Source of the DNA: Anaeromyxobacteraceae bacterium
GTDB taxonomy: Bacteria; Myxococcota; Myxococcia; Myxococcales; Anaeromyxobacteraceae
Length of the DNA: 64,000 nt
Reading direction: 5' to 3'
Assembly: GCA_047602405.1 (NCBI GenBank)
Contig: JASGHJ010000001.1
Coordinates: 512,001-576,000 of the forward strand
Positions 28,806-38,564 of the stretch are shown one piece after another. A program made the translations under genes and the position numbers. The notes beneath the pieces were generated by a model, which saw nothing but the letters and a program-made list of their open reading frames with translations, ran no database searches and was not told where the DNA came from. Every line of letters begins with the position of its first letter. The first letter of the stretch is position 1.

Positions 28806-28908
28806 GTCGGCCGTCCTGGCGAGAGGGTATGGACACCCTACGCCAGGACGGCCGCGTTCTTTCACGCCCTCCGCATCGCCTGGGCGATGAGCTCGAGCTC
28901 GGTCCGCC

Positions 28909-29292
28909 TCACGCCTGCTCCGGGGCCGGGTGGTACACGCGCAGCCGGTGGCCGTCCGGGTCGAGGGCGACGAAGGTGTCGCCGAAGTCCATGCGCGTGG
29001 GCGCCTGGGCGATGCGGATCCCGCGGGCCCTCCAGGCCTCGTGGGTGGCGCGGACCTGGGCGGGCGCCGGCACCTTGAAGCAGAGCTCGACGCTGCCGGG
29101 TCCGCCGGCAGGCGAGGGCTCCACCGTGTGCCGCGACCAGAGGCCGAGCATCTGCCCCTCGCGCAGCGGGAACGTCACGAAGGTGGGGGAGGACTCGACG
29201 GGCTTCCTCCCGAGGAGCTCCTCGTAGAAGGCTCCGCTCGCGAGGGGGTCGGCGACGTACAGGAGGACGAAGTTCGGATCGAGTGGGGTCAT
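28909..29292 (-). CDS. VOC/glyoxalase-family protein
   Basis: LLYVADP..S..FY..LLG; ELCF; MDFG.TFVALDPDGHRLRV. Confidence 0.9.
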   Translation of the reverse strand: MTPLDPNFVLLYVADPLASGAFYEELLGRKPVESSPTFVTFPLREGQMLGLWSRHTVEPSPAGGPGSVELCFKVPAPAQVRATHEAWRARGIRIAQAPTRMDFGDTFVALDPDGHRLRVYHPAPEQA

Positions 29293-29315
29293 GCGAGGAA
29301 CCTAGGGCGGGCTCG

Positions 29316-29330
29316 TGACAGTTCCTGTCA
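29316..29330. promoter_or_regulatory. Palindromic site TGACAG-N3-CTGTCA, candidate WYL-regulator binding site upstream of the VOC gene
   Basis: Perfect 6-3-6 palindrome ~12 bp upstream of a TAGGTT -10 element; adjacent YafY gene. Confidence 0.7.
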
Positions 29331-29371
29331 GCAGCCGCACGCCCTGGCCGGGCACCGGGGCCCGGGCCCGC

Positions 29372-30055
29372 TCACGGCGCCGGGATGCCCTCGCGCTCGC
29401 GCCACTCCGCGAGCAGCACCTGCCGGCGGCGAGGGTAGCGGTCGTCCAGGGGCTCGATCTTGGCGATCCGGTCCACCCGGAAGGCCCGGAATCCCCGGCG
29501 CCGCTCGCACCAGGCCGCGACGACGCGGACCCGCTCGAAGTAGGCGAGCATGAAGGGCCAGATGGTCCGCTCGCTGCGCGCACCCTTCCCGTCCTCGTAC
29601 GCGATGAAGAGCTTCCGCTCCCCGCGGATCGCGGCGCGGACGACGGGCAGGTCCCGCTCGCCCGGCTCCACGTCGCCGGGCACGAGCAGCGCCGGGACGT
29701 CGATCCCGTCGCGCAGCTCGCCCGGCAGCACCGCCGCGATCTTCGCGAGCGCGTTCCGCGCCGCGTCGCCGAGCCGCGCGTCGGCGCGCTTCGCGACCCA
29801 CTGCCCGCCGAGCACGAGCGCCTCGAGCTCCTCCTCCGAGAGCATGAGCGGCGGCAGGAGGTAGCCGGGCTTCATCACGAACCCGAGCCCGGCCTCGCCG
29901 CGGATCGCGGCGCCCTGCGCCTGGAGCGTCGCGATGTCACGGTAGACGGTCCGCAAGGAGACCCGGAGCTCGGACGCGAGCGCGGCGCCGGTCACCGGCC
30001 GGCGGTGGCGCCGGAGGGCCTGCAGGAGCGAGAGGAGTCGCGAGGCGCGGGACAT
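29372..30055 (-). CDS. YafY-family HTH-WYL transcriptional regulator
   Basis: MSRASRLL..L..L; VSLRTVYRDI..L; LPPLML; AWCE.R.GFR.FRVDRI. Confidence 0.93.
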   Translation of the reverse strand: MSRASRLLSLLQALRRHRRPVTGAALASELRVSLRTVYRDIATLQAQGAAIRGEAGLGFVMKPGYLLPPLMLSEEELEALVLGGQWVAKRADARLGDAARNALAKIAAVLPGELRDGIDVPALLVPGDVEPGERDLPVVRAAIRGERKLFIAYEDGKGARSERTIWPFMLAYFERVRVVAAWCERRRGFRAFRVDRIAKIEPLDDRYPRRRQVLLAEWREREGIPAP

Positions 30056-30100
30056 GGGATCCTGGAGGCCGTGTCGAGGACGGGCCGCTGCTCCCCCGGC

Positions 30101-30619
30101 TCACTCCCCCGCCCGCGAGTTGTCCCGGTCGCCGGCGCCGTCCACGGTCGCGGGGCCGGACACCGGCACCTCCGCCTCGCCCGCGAGGCCGGGGATGCCC
30201 TCGAGGCCCGTCGACACCCGGACGCTGCCCGAGAGCTCGAGCTCGAGCGCGAGGGTGATCCGTCCGGCCGTGTCGACCCCCGCCCTCGCGCCGCGGAGCA
30301 CCGCCCGCACCTGCCCGCGGGCGCCGGGGTCATCGAGCGCGATCGTGCACGCCTGGCCCGGCGCGAACGTGATCGCGCCTCCCTCGCGGACGCGGCCCTC
30401 GAGCGCGCACGCGTGCCCCCGCGCGGCGAGCCGCGCCGAGACGCCGCCCGGGCCGGGCCCGGGCCGGAGCACCACGTCGCCGCGGAGCTCGACGGTGCCG
30501 AGCACCGGCACGGAGGGCATGCGCACGGTGGCGCGCACGCGGTACGTGCCCGCGACCGCGTCTGCAGGGGGCGGCGGCGCGGCCAGCACCGCAGCGATCA
30601 CGAGGCCGAGGAAGGTCAC
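30101..30619 (-). CDS. Hypothetical secreted protein
   Basis: N-terminal signal peptide; host-like codons. Confidence 0.6.
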   Translation of the reverse strand: MTFLGLVIAAVLAAPPPPADAVAGTYRVRATVRMPSVPVLGTVELRGDVVLRPGPGPGGVSARLAARGHACALEGRVREGGAITFAPGQACTIALDDPGARGQVRAVLRGARAGVDTAGRITLALELELSGSVRVSTGLEGIPGLAGEAEVPVSGPATVDGAGDRDNSRAGE

Positions 30620-30679
30620 GTCCCGGTTCTATCCCGCTCGCGGGGCGCCGGCAGCGACCCCGTCTGGTAAGCTCCGCGC

Positions 30680-30985
30680 ATGCGCCTCGCACGAACGCTG
30701 CTCGTCCTCGCCGCCCTGGTCGGGGCCTCCGCCCGCGCCGACGACGCGCCCACCGTGGTGCTGGAGGTGGGAGAGACGTGGTCGAGGCCCGGCAGCGGCG
30801 CCCGGTGCGACGACCTCTCCGTCGCCGACATCACCGTGAACGGCTTCACCATCACCGCGAGGAAGCCAGGCCGGACCATCTGCGGCTGGGCGGTGGGCCA
30901 CGCCGGCGGCGCGCGCACCTGGGTGAACGTGGTCGTCGTCGAGAAGGGGCAGAAGAAGGAGCAGGCCGAGCCGGGCAAGAAGTGA
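30680..30985 (+). CDS. Small secreted hypothetical protein
   Basis: Signal peptide ending ARA; two cysteines. Confidence 0.65.
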   Translation: MRLARTLLVLAALVGASARADDAPTVVLEVGETWSRPGSGARCDDLSVADITVNGFTITARKPGRTICGWAVGHAGGARTWVNVVVVEKGQKKEQAEPGKK

Positions 30986-30992
30986 GCGGCGC

Positions 30993-33155
30993 CTACTCGC
31001 CCGCCGCCTTGAGCTCGCCGGTCGTGACCCGCAGCCGGTAGGAGATCACCCGCGCGATGCGCGCGGGCAGCTCCGCGCCGAGCGCCGGCTCGTCCTCCAG
31101 CGCGGCCTCGAAGCCGGTCCGGTCGAGGACGAAGACCTCGGTGTCCACCGTCGCGGTCGCGTTCGCGGAGCGCGGCCGCGCGTCCACGAACGCGAGCTCG
31201 CCGAAGACGTCGCCGCGGCCGAACGCGCCGATCATGAGCTCGCGGCCGCCCGCCGCCGGCACCGCCACGCGCACGCGGCCGAGGCGGACCATGTACAGGG
31301 CGTCCCCGGGGTCGCCGGCGCGGAACACCGGCTGGCCCGCCGGCACGGCCACCGTGCGGACCCGCCGCTCGATCGCCGCGAGCGACGCGGGCGGGAGCCC
31401 CGCCAGGAGGTCCGTCTCGGAGAGCTCGAGCCGGCGGTGCACCACCCGCTCGTCGAGGTGGAGCTCGAGGAGCTGCTCCTCCATCCACTCGAGCGCCTCG
31501 TCGCGGCTCGTGAAGAGGCGCGGCGGCGGCGCCCCGGGGTCGACCGACACGTCCGCGAGCGCGGCCTCGAGCTCGTCGGGGGCGCGCGAGCCCGCGAGGA
31601 GGAGCCGCGCGCCGCGCCCGGCGAGGCGCGCCTGCGCCTGGGCGAGGATGCGCGCGGCGGTGAGGTCGACGTCGGACACGCGGGCGAGGTCGAGCAGCAC
31701 GAAGCGGCAGCGCGCGAGGTCCGGGCCGAGCTCGGTGAGCAGGCGGTCGGCGGTGCCGAAGAAGAGGTCGCCCTGCAGGGTCACCACCGCGGCCTCCGGG
31801 CCGTGCGCGGTGAGCACCTGGTCCTCGGGCGGGAGCCGGCGCCGGGTCGAGCGCGTGCGGGCGAGGTCGCCCCGCGCGCGCACCGGCGACTGGCCCATCC
31901 GATCGCGCAGGAAGAGGACGATGACGAGCGCGATGCCGGCCCCCGCGGCGACGACGAGCCCCCGCCAGAGCGCGATCGCGACGACCGCCGCCACCACCGC
32001 GAACTCGAGCCGGTGGCCGGGGCGGCGCAGGAGCCGGAGCGTGCCCCAGTCGAGCGTGCGGAGGCCGACGTGCACGAGGATCCCGCCGAGCACCGCGCGC
32101 GGCATCCCGGCGACGAGCGCGGGGGCGAGCGCCACGAGCGCGAGCAGCGCGCCGGGCACCGTCGCGGAGGCCGTGCGGCGGCCGCCGGCCGCGACGTTCA
32201 CGAGCGTCGGGCCGGAGGCGCCCGAGCCCACCATGCCGCCGCCGAGCGATGCGAGCGCGTTCCCGAGCCCCTGCGCGACGAGCTCGCGCGAGGGCAGGTG
32301 GCGGGCGCCGGTCATCGAGTCGACGAGCACGCAGCTCTTCAGCGTGTCGACCGAGAGGAGCGCGGCGAGGGCGGCGGCAGGCCCTGCGACGAGCTGCAGG
32401 TCGTCGAGCCTGAGCCCGGAGAGCTCCTGCACGAGCGCGGGGATCGCCGCCGCGATCGCGCCCACGCCGGGCACCGAGCCGACGCGGAGCGGGTTGCCGG
32501 CGACGGCGGCGAGCGCGGGGTCCGAGAGCTGGAACGCGAACCAGGTGAGCGAGCCCGCCCCGAGCCCGGCCACGACCGGCGGCAGGCGCGGGGCGAGCCG
32601 CGGCGCGACCCGCATCGCCGCGAAGGTGGCGCCCGCGACCACGAGCGACACCGCGCGCCAGGCGCCCGGGTGCGTGAGGGCGCCGAGCGGCCCACCCGCC
32701 GCGACACCCGTCACCGAGGGCAGCTGGCCCCACGCGAGCAGGATGCCCGCCGCCGAGAGGAAGCCCGACACGACCGGGTACGGGATGAACTTCACCACCG
32801 TGCCGAGCCGGAGGGCGCCGAACCCGAGCTGGACGAGGCCGGCCACGAACCCGGTCGCGAGCAGGAGGAGGTGCGCGCGCTCCGGCGCGACGGCGGCGAG
32901 CCAGGCCGCGTGCGCGGTGAGCATCGCGGCGGCCGGGCCGCTCGGCGCCGAGACGAGCCCGGGCGTGCCGCCGAGGATTGACGCCATCGCGCCGAGCAGG
33001 ATCGCGCCGACGAGGCCGGCGACCGCGCCCGCCGCGGCGTGCTCGGGCCCGAGCGTCGAGTACGCGAGGATCCCGTTGCCGATCGCCATCGGCAACGCCA
33101 TGAGCGCCGCCGCGAGCCCGGCCCCGAGCTCCGGGGCGATGCGCCGTCCGTCCAC
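30993..33155 (-). CDS. SulP-family anion transporter with STAS and cNMP-binding domains
   Basis: AGL..ALMALP.AI; VKFIPYPVVSGF; RELVAQGLGN; GDLFFGTA; VFGELAF....RSA. Confidence 0.92.
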   Translation of the reverse strand: MDGRRIAPELGAGLAAALMALPMAIGNGILAYSTLGPEHAAAGAVAGLVGAILLGAMASILGGTPGLVSAPSGPAAAMLTAHAAWLAAVAPERAHLLLLATGFVAGLVQLGFGALRLGTVVKFIPYPVVSGFLSAAGILLAWGQLPSVTGVAAGGPLGALTHPGAWRAVSLVVAGATFAAMRVAPRLAPRLPPVVAGLGAGSLTWFAFQLSDPALAAVAGNPLRVGSVPGVGAIAAAIPALVQELSGLRLDDLQLVAGPAAALAALLSVDTLKSCVLVDSMTGARHLPSRELVAQGLGNALASLGGGMVGSGASGPTLVNVAAGGRRTASATVPGALLALVALAPALVAGMPRAVLGGILVHVGLRTLDWGTLRLLRRPGHRLEFAVVAAVVAIALWRGLVVAAGAGIALVIVLFLRDRMGQSPVRARGDLARTRSTRRRLPPEDQVLTAHGPEAAVVTLQGDLFFGTADRLLTELGPDLARCRFVLLDLARVSDVDLTAARILAQAQARLAGRGARLLLAGSRAPDELEAALADVSVDPGAPPPRLFTSRDEALEWMEEQLLELHLDERVVHRRLELSETDLLAGLPPASLAAIERRVRTVAVPAGQPVFRAGDPGDALYMVRLGRVRVAVPAAGGRELMIGAFGRGDVFGELAFVDARPRSANATATVDTEVFVLDRTGFEAALEDEPALGAELPARIARVISYRLRVTTGELKAAGE

Positions 33156-33217
33156 GTGGAGATGATGCCACCTTGGGGTGCCGGGACCGAAGGAATCCTC
33201 GTGCTAGCCTCGCGCGC

Positions 33218-33916
33218 ATGACCGTCCTCCCCCTCGCCCTCGCGGCAGCGCTCGCCGCGAAGGGGCCGTTCGATCCCCCGAAGGCGAAGCAGGTCGTCGA
33301 GCTGCCCGCGAACGAGCACGGCCAGGTCGGGAAGCTCACCTGCACCGCCTACCGGGGCTTCGTCGTGAAGGAGGTCGACCGCGGCGAGAAGGGCGCCGAG
33401 CGCCACTCGATCGTGCGCTACGACCCCGCGGGCGCGGTGCCTCCGTGCGACCTCGCGTTCGTCCCGGGCGAGGTCGACGTGAGCTGGTCCGGGTATTTCC
33501 ACGGGGCCCGCGGCCGCTTCGCGTTCTTCGTGGGCGACGACGGCTGGGAGGCGGGCTCCACCGGCTTCGCCGCGTTCGACGCGCGCACCGGCAAGAAGGT
33601 GTTCGAGGATGCCGTCGTGCAGGGCCCCGAGCAGCTCGTGCTCGAGCCGGAGGGCGAGGACCTGAAGCTCAGGTACCGCCGCGCCTGGCGGGCCACGTGC
33701 TCCCTGCAGAAGGACCCCGCCGGCTGCTGGAAGAAGATCCGGGGGGCGCTCGCGCTCCCTGGCGACGCCCCGCCCTGCGCCGCCGCCTACGCGAAGGAGA
33801 ACGCGCCGCTCGAGGACCCGACGGTGCTCACCTACGACGCCGAGGTGCCGTCCCTCACCGGCCGGCGCGTCCGCGCCGCCGCCGCGCCGAAGCCGCTCTG
33901 CTTCCCGGCGATGTGA
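33218..33916 (+). CDS. Hypothetical secreted Cys-containing protein
   Basis: Signal peptide; host-like codons. Confidence 0.65.
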   Translation: MTVLPLALAAALAAKGPFDPPKAKQVVELPANEHGQVGKLTCTAYRGFVVKEVDRGEKGAERHSIVRYDPAGAVPPCDLAFVPGEVDVSWSGYFHGARGRFAFFVGDDGWEAGSTGFAAFDARTGKKVFEDAVVQGPEQLVLEPEGEDLKLRYRRAWRATCSLQKDPAGCWKKIRGALALPGDAPPCAAAYAKENAPLEDPTVLTYDAEVPSLTGRRVRAAAAPKPLCFPAM

Positions 33917-33931
33917 GGCGGGGGGAGGTCC

Positions 33932-34714
33932 CTACGTCCCCGTCCCCTCGTGGTGCGCGAGGCCGAATCGCCAGAAGCGGTACGCGAGGAGCGCGAGCGC
34001 CGTCGCGACGAACGGGGCCGCCCACACGATCCCGCCCACGTCGCGCCCGGTGAGGTGGCTCGCGGGCCAGAAGCTCGCGAGGCCGAAGGGCAGGATCCAG
34101 GTGAAGAGGAGCTCGAGCTTCCTCCCGTAGAGCGTGAGCGGGAAGCGCGCGAAGTCGTGCAGCTCGTGCACGGCCCGGGTGATCGGGACGCTCTCCACGA
34201 TCCAGAACGCGGTCGTGGCGGTGATGAGGTTGATCGCGATGAACACGACGCCGCCCGAGAGGATCGCCACGAGCGCGACCGCGAGGTTCATCGGGGACGC
34301 CGGGATACCGAGCGCCGCCCAGGCCCAGGTCGTCGCGGCGAGCCCGACCGCCGCGGTGCCGAGCCCGTCCACGTTGAAGCGGTCGGCGAGGAAGTAGAAC
34401 AGGGGATCGATGGGGCGCACCAGGAAGCGGTCGAACGTGCCCTCGCGCATGTGGGCGCCGATGACCCACAGGTTGTCGGCGAGCGTGTGCTCGATCGCGC
34501 GCGCGGTGGTGAGGAGCCCGTAGCAGAGGAGCAGCTCCTCGAAGCGCCAGCCCGCGAGCGTGCCCACCGGGCGCAGCACGACCCAGAGGCCGGCGATGGA
34601 GGCGGCGTGGATGACGATCATGCCGGCCGCGCCCACGAGGAGCCCGAGCCGGTACTCGAGGAGCATCGAGAGCCGCATCGCCACGAAGGCGCGGTAGAGG
34701 CCGAGCCAGCGCAG
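33932..34714 (-). CDS. ABC-2-type permease (DUF990 family), probable CTG start
   Basis: LEYR..., GW...ELL..YG, GTFDRFLVRP.DPLF, FP..LY; GGAGG 6 nt before CTG. Confidence 0.85.
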   Translation of the reverse strand: MRWLGLYRAFVAMRLSMLLEYRLGLLVGAAGMIVIHAASIAGLWVVLRPVGTLAGWRFEELLLCYGLLTTARAIEHTLADNLWVIGAHMREGTFDRFLVRPIDPLFYFLADRFNVDGLGTAAVGLAATTWAWAALGIPASPMNLAVALVAILSGGVVFIAINLITATTAFWIVESVPITRAVHELHDFARFPLTLYGRKLELLFTWILPFGLASFWPASHLTGRDVGGIVWAAPFVATALALLAYRFWRFGLAHHEGTGT

Positions 34715-34716
34715 GG

Positions 34717-35502
34717 TCAGCCTCCCTGGACCGTGACGACGCGCGAGGCGCGCGCGAAGGCGAGGCGCGAGAGGACGAGCAGCCCGAGCGCCCACGCGAG
34801 CTGGCCGGCGACGACCCCCGGCGCCGCCGCGAGCGGCTTCACCCCGGCGAGGAGCGACACCGGCAGGTAGCTCGTCTGCCGGTACGGGAGCGCGTCGGCG
34901 ACCACGCGGAGCCAGCCGGGCATGAGGTCGAGCGGGAAGAGCACGCCGCCGAAGAAGAGCGCCAGCGCCTCGTTGAGCACCATGATCCCCCACACGTCCG
35001 TCGTGTAGAAGGCGAGGCACGCGACGATCCACTCGAAGGCGAACATCGCGCAGGCGCCGACGGCGAACGAGCCCAGGAAGGCGAGCCAGCGGAGCGGATC
35101 CGCCGGAAGGTCGGCGCCGAGCCAGACCGCCAGGGCGAGGAGCGGCAGGCGCGAGGCGAGGGCGACCGCCACGCTGCCCGCGGCGAGGGCGGACCGCGCG
35201 AGCTGGAGGTCGATGGGCCGGAGCAGCTCGTGCGCGATCTGCCCCTCGCGCAGCAGGAAGGCCATCCGCCGGACCATGCCGAGCTGTCCCGCCCCCGCGA
35301 GCGCCTCCGCGAGGAGCACGTAGGTGAGCGCGGTCGGGCCGTCGATGCCGGCGATCGAGGGCGTCCCGGCGTAGACCGCCCGCCAGAGGTACGAGGCGAT
35401 GACCATCGCGACGCCGGCCACGAAGACCCGCAGGAGGATCCAGGCGCGGTAGGCCAGCGCCTCCTTCGCCGCCATGCCGGCCCAGGCGAGGAGGCGGCTC
35501 AC
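34717..35502 (-). CDS. ABC-2-type permease
   Basis: LAYR, YLWRAVY, GQIAHELLRP, FFGG..FPL..MP.W. Confidence 0.88.
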   Translation of the reverse strand: MSRLLAWAGMAAKEALAYRAWILLRVFVAGVAMVIASYLWRAVYAGTPSIAGIDGPTALTYVLLAEALAGAGQLGMVRRMAFLLREGQIAHELLRPIDLQLARSALAAGSVAVALASRLPLLALAVWLGADLPADPLRWLAFLGSFAVGACAMFAFEWIVACLAFYTTDVWGIMVLNEALALFFGGVLFPLDLMPGWLRVVADALPYRQTSYLPVSLLAGVKPLAAAPGVVAGQLAWALGLLVLSRLAFARASRVVTVQGG

Positions 35503-36503
35503 CCGGCCTCCCGTCCGAGCGCGCCGCCGTAGATCGCCTTCACGATCGCGGTGAGGTCGGTCTCCCGGACCGAGAAGTCGCGCACCTCCACGGCCTCCAT
35601 CACCGCCGCGGTGACCTGGGGGGCGCTCGCGGCCGTCCGGTCGAAGCGGAGCACGAGCCGCCGCTCCCCGCGCTCGACCTCGCGCACGCCCGCGGGCAAG
35701 GCGAGCGCGGCGGGCGGCGCCGCGGCGAGGTCGAACGCCATCTCCCGCTCCCGGCCGAACCGCTCCTGCAGCCGCGCGATCGGGCCGTCGTAGAGCACGC
35801 GCCCCCGGTCGATGACCACCACCCGCCGGCACAGCTCCTCGATGTCGCCGAGGTCGTGGGTGGTGAGGACCACCGTGGCCCCGGAGGCGCGGTTCCAGGC
35901 CTTGAGGAACGCGCGGATGCGGTCCTTCACCATCACGTCGAGGCCGATGGTCGGCTCGTCGAGGTACACCACCCGCGGCTCGTGGAGGAGCGTCGCGGCG
36001 AGCTCCGCACGCATCCGCTGTCCGAGCGAGAGCTGGCGCACCGGCCGCCCGAGGAGCTCGCCGAGCCCGAGGGTCTCGTCGAAGCGGGCGAGGAGCTCCC
36101 GCTGCCGCGCCGGCGCGACCCCGTAGACGCGGGCGAGGAGCCCGAGCGACTCGACCACCGGCAGGTCCCACCAGAGCTGCGTGCGCTGGCCGAAGACCAC
36201 CCCGATCTCGCGCGCGTTCGCGACCCGCTCGCGCTGCGGATCGCGCCCGAGCACGCGCACGGTGCCGGAGGTGGGCGCGAGGATCCCGGTGAGGAGCTTC
36301 ACCGTGGTCGACTTCCCGGCGCCGTTCACGCCGATGTAGCCGACCGCCTCGCCCGGCTCGACCGCGAGGTCGATCCCGTCCACCGCGACCACCTCCTCGC
36401 GGCGCGGGCGCACGAGGGCCGCGACCGCGCCGGCGAGCCCGGGCGAACGTTTCGTGACCCGGAAGACCTTCCGGAGCGCGGCGACCTCGATGACGGGTGG
36501 CAA
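35499..36503 (-). CDS. ABC transporter ATP-binding protein
   Basis: GVNGAGKST, LSLGQRMR, LDEPTIGLD. Confidence 0.95.
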   Translation of the reverse strand: MPPVIEVAALRKVFRVTKRSPGLAGAVAALVRPRREEVVAVDGIDLAVEPGEAVGYIGVNGAGKSTTVKLLTGILAPTSGTVRVLGRDPQRERVANAREIGVVFGQRTQLWWDLPVVESLGLLARVYGVAPARQRELLARFDETLGLGELLGRPVRQLSLGQRMRAELAATLLHEPRVVYLDEPTIGLDVMVKDRIRAFLKAWNRASGATVVLTTHDLGDIEELCRRVVVIDRGRVLYDGPIARLQERFGREREMAFDLAAAPPAALALPAGVREVERGERRLVLRFDRTAASAPQVTAAVMEAVEVRDFSVRETDLTAIVKAIYGGALGREAG

Positions 36504-36673
36504 GCGGAGCGGAGCCTACTCCACCCGGGCGACAGACCTCCCCGGTCACATCGGTGACCCGGAGGTCCGGATTTCACGGTAGGCTCCGGGGGCTTGCTGC
36601 GGTCCGGATCCCGGAGCAGCGTGCGGGAACCGGGGGCCGCGGCCCAGGCTCCAACCCCGCCAGGAGACCCTTC

Positions 36674-37147
36674 ATGCGCCTCGCCGTCCTCGCCGTCGCC
36701 TCCGCCCTGCTCGCCTCGCCCGCGCTCGCCGGCACGACCAGCCCCGGGACCACCTACGGCGCCGGCGTCGGCAAGGCGCAGCTCGTGAAGATCTCCGAGC
36801 TCACCGCCAACCCGGACAGGTACGTCGGGAAGACCGTGCGCGTGGAGGGGCTCGTCACCGACGTCTGCCCCCGCCGCGGCTGCTGGATGGAGCTCGCCGG
36901 CGACAAGGAGTTCCAGACGATGCGGATCAAGGTCGACGACGGCGAGCTCGTCTTCCCCATGACCGCGAAGGGCAAGGTCGCCCAGGCCGAGGGCGTCTTC
37001 ACGAGGTTCGAGGTGCCCGCCGAGCGCGTGCTCGCGATGAAGCAGCACGAGGCCGAGGAGAAGGGCGTCCCGTTCGACCCGAAGACCGCCAAGGTCGAGG
37101 CCATGGTCGTGTACCAGATCAAGGGCGTCGGCGCGGTCATCCGCTAG
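36674..37147 (+). CDS. DUF4920-like periplasmic protein
   Basis: Signal peptide; VEG.V.DVC..RGCWM. Confidence 0.8.
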   Translation: MRLAVLAVASALLASPALAGTTSPGTTYGAGVGKAQLVKISELTANPDRYVGKTVRVEGLVTDVCPRRGCWMELAGDKEFQTMRIKVDDGELVFPMTAKGKVAQAEGVFTRFEVPAERVLAMKQHEAEEKGVPFDPKTAKVEAMVVYQIKGVGAVIR

Positions 37148-37150
37148 CGC

Positions 37151-37717
37151 GTGTCGCTCCGGACCGTCGCCGTCCGCCGCCTGCTGCGGGCGCTCCACCG
37201 CGACGTGGGCTACCTCGTCGCGGGGCTCACGGTGATCTACGCCGTCTCCGGCGTGGCGGTGAACCACCTCGAGCACTGGAACCCGAGCTGGCAGCTCGGG
37301 CGCGAGGAGCTGCGCTTCGCGCCCATCCCGGTCACCGACCGCGACACCATGGCGGCCGCGCTCGTCACCGCGCTCGGGCTGCCGGGCCCGCCGAGGAGCT
37401 CGTTCCGGCGCGCGCCGGAGCAGATCGAGCTCTTCTACGACGGCTGGACGGTCGAGGCGAACGTGGAGACCGGCGTCGCGGTGACGACGCGCCCGCGCGA
37501 GCGCGCGGTGCTGTTCGACGCGAACTTCCTCCACCTCAACCACCCGAAGGGCGCCTGGACGTGGATCGCCGACGCGTTCGCGGTGCTGCTCGGCGGGCTG
37601 GCGCTCTCCGGGCTCTTCCTGATCCGGGGGCCGCTCGGGCTCGCCGGACGCGGCAAGTGGTTCGTCGCGGCGGGGGTACTGCTCCCGCTCGCGTTCCTGG
37701 TCCTCAGGCGGCTCTGA
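37151..37717 (+). CDS. PepSY-associated TM helix protein
   Basis: LHRDVGY....LT.IYAVSG...NH; N.LHLN; W.WIAD. Confidence 0.8.
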   Translation: MSLRTVAVRRLLRALHRDVGYLVAGLTVIYAVSGVAVNHLEHWNPSWQLGREELRFAPIPVTDRDTMAAALVTALGLPGPPRSSFRRAPEQIELFYDGWTVEANVETGVAVTTRPRERAVLFDANFLHLNHPKGAWTWIADAFAVLLGGLALSGLFLIRGPLGLAGRGKWFVAAGVLLPLAFLVLRRL

Positions 37718-37741
37718 GCGCGCGCCCCGGGGCCCGCGCGA

Positions 37742-38482
37742 TCAGGCCGGGACCACGTACCACTGGCCCTTCGCGCCCTGCTCGCGCCGGAGCAGGCCCT
37801 CCTTCTCCATCTGCTCGAGCAGCCGGTTGAAGGAGGAGAAGCCGTGGTCGCGCTCGTCGAAGTCCGGCTCGCGGCGGACGATGGCGGCCTTGATCGCGGA
37901 GGGGTTCACCGGCGCGGTGGCCTTCGCGAGGAGCGCCGTGGCCGCCTCGCGCGCGACCTCCGGGATGGCCTTCTCCTTCTTCTCGGTCGCCTTCTGGTGC
38001 TCGCGGCGGCGCTGCCCCGGCGCGCGCAGGTAGATGAACTCGTCGCAGGCCTTCACGAAGAGCTGGCTCGTCGCCTCCTTCACGGCCATGCCGATGACGA
38101 TGCGGTCGTTCTCGCGGAGCTTGTAGGCGAGCGGGCAGAAGTCGGAGTCGCCGGAGGCGATGACGAAGGTGTCGATGTGCTCGCGCAGGTACGCGAGCTC
38201 GAGCGCGTCGATGACGAGGCGCATGTCGGCGCCGTTCTTCCCGGCGCGCGTGGACGGCGGGACGTCGACGAGCTCGACGCCGTGGTCGTGGAGCCGCTTC
38301 GTGGCCCCGGCGAAGCGGGTCCAGTCCGCGTAGGCGCGGCGGTAGACCACCTTGCCCTTCTCGAGCAGGGTGTCGATCGCCGGCTGGAGGTCGAACTGGT
38401 CGGCCTCGAGCCCCGTCCGCGTCACGAGGTTCTCGAAGTCGATGAAGAGCGCGATGCGCTGGTCCTGATTGTCCCGCTTCAT
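37742..38482 (-). CDS. NYN-domain (LabA-like) protein with OST-HTH/LOTUS domain
   Basis: ALFIDFEN, RAYADW, KNGADMRL..DA, SGDSDF, CDEFIY, FDE...GF.SF. Confidence 0.92.
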   Translation of the reverse strand: MKRDNQDQRIALFIDFENLVTRTGLEADQFDLQPAIDTLLEKGKVVYRRAYADWTRFAGATKRLHDHGVELVDVPPSTRAGKNGADMRLVIDALELAYLREHIDTFVIASGDSDFCPLAYKLRENDRIVIGMAVKEATSQLFVKACDEFIYLRAPGQRRREHQKATEKKEKAIPEVAREAATALLAKATAPVNPSAIKAAIVRREPDFDERDHGFSSFNRLLEQMEKEGLLRREQGAKGQWYVVPA

Positions 38483-38564
38483 GGGCGCACCGTGACAGGT
38501 GCGCGGGCGCGGGGCAAGGAAAGGTCCCGCCGAGGTCGGACGGTTGCGGTACCTTGCGCCGCCC

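Noticed and set aside
36543..36558. Palindrome GGTCAC-atcg-GTGACC between the ABC and DUF4920 operons
   Set aside because: Only 6-bp GC-rich arms and no adjacent regulator; not distinguishable from chance
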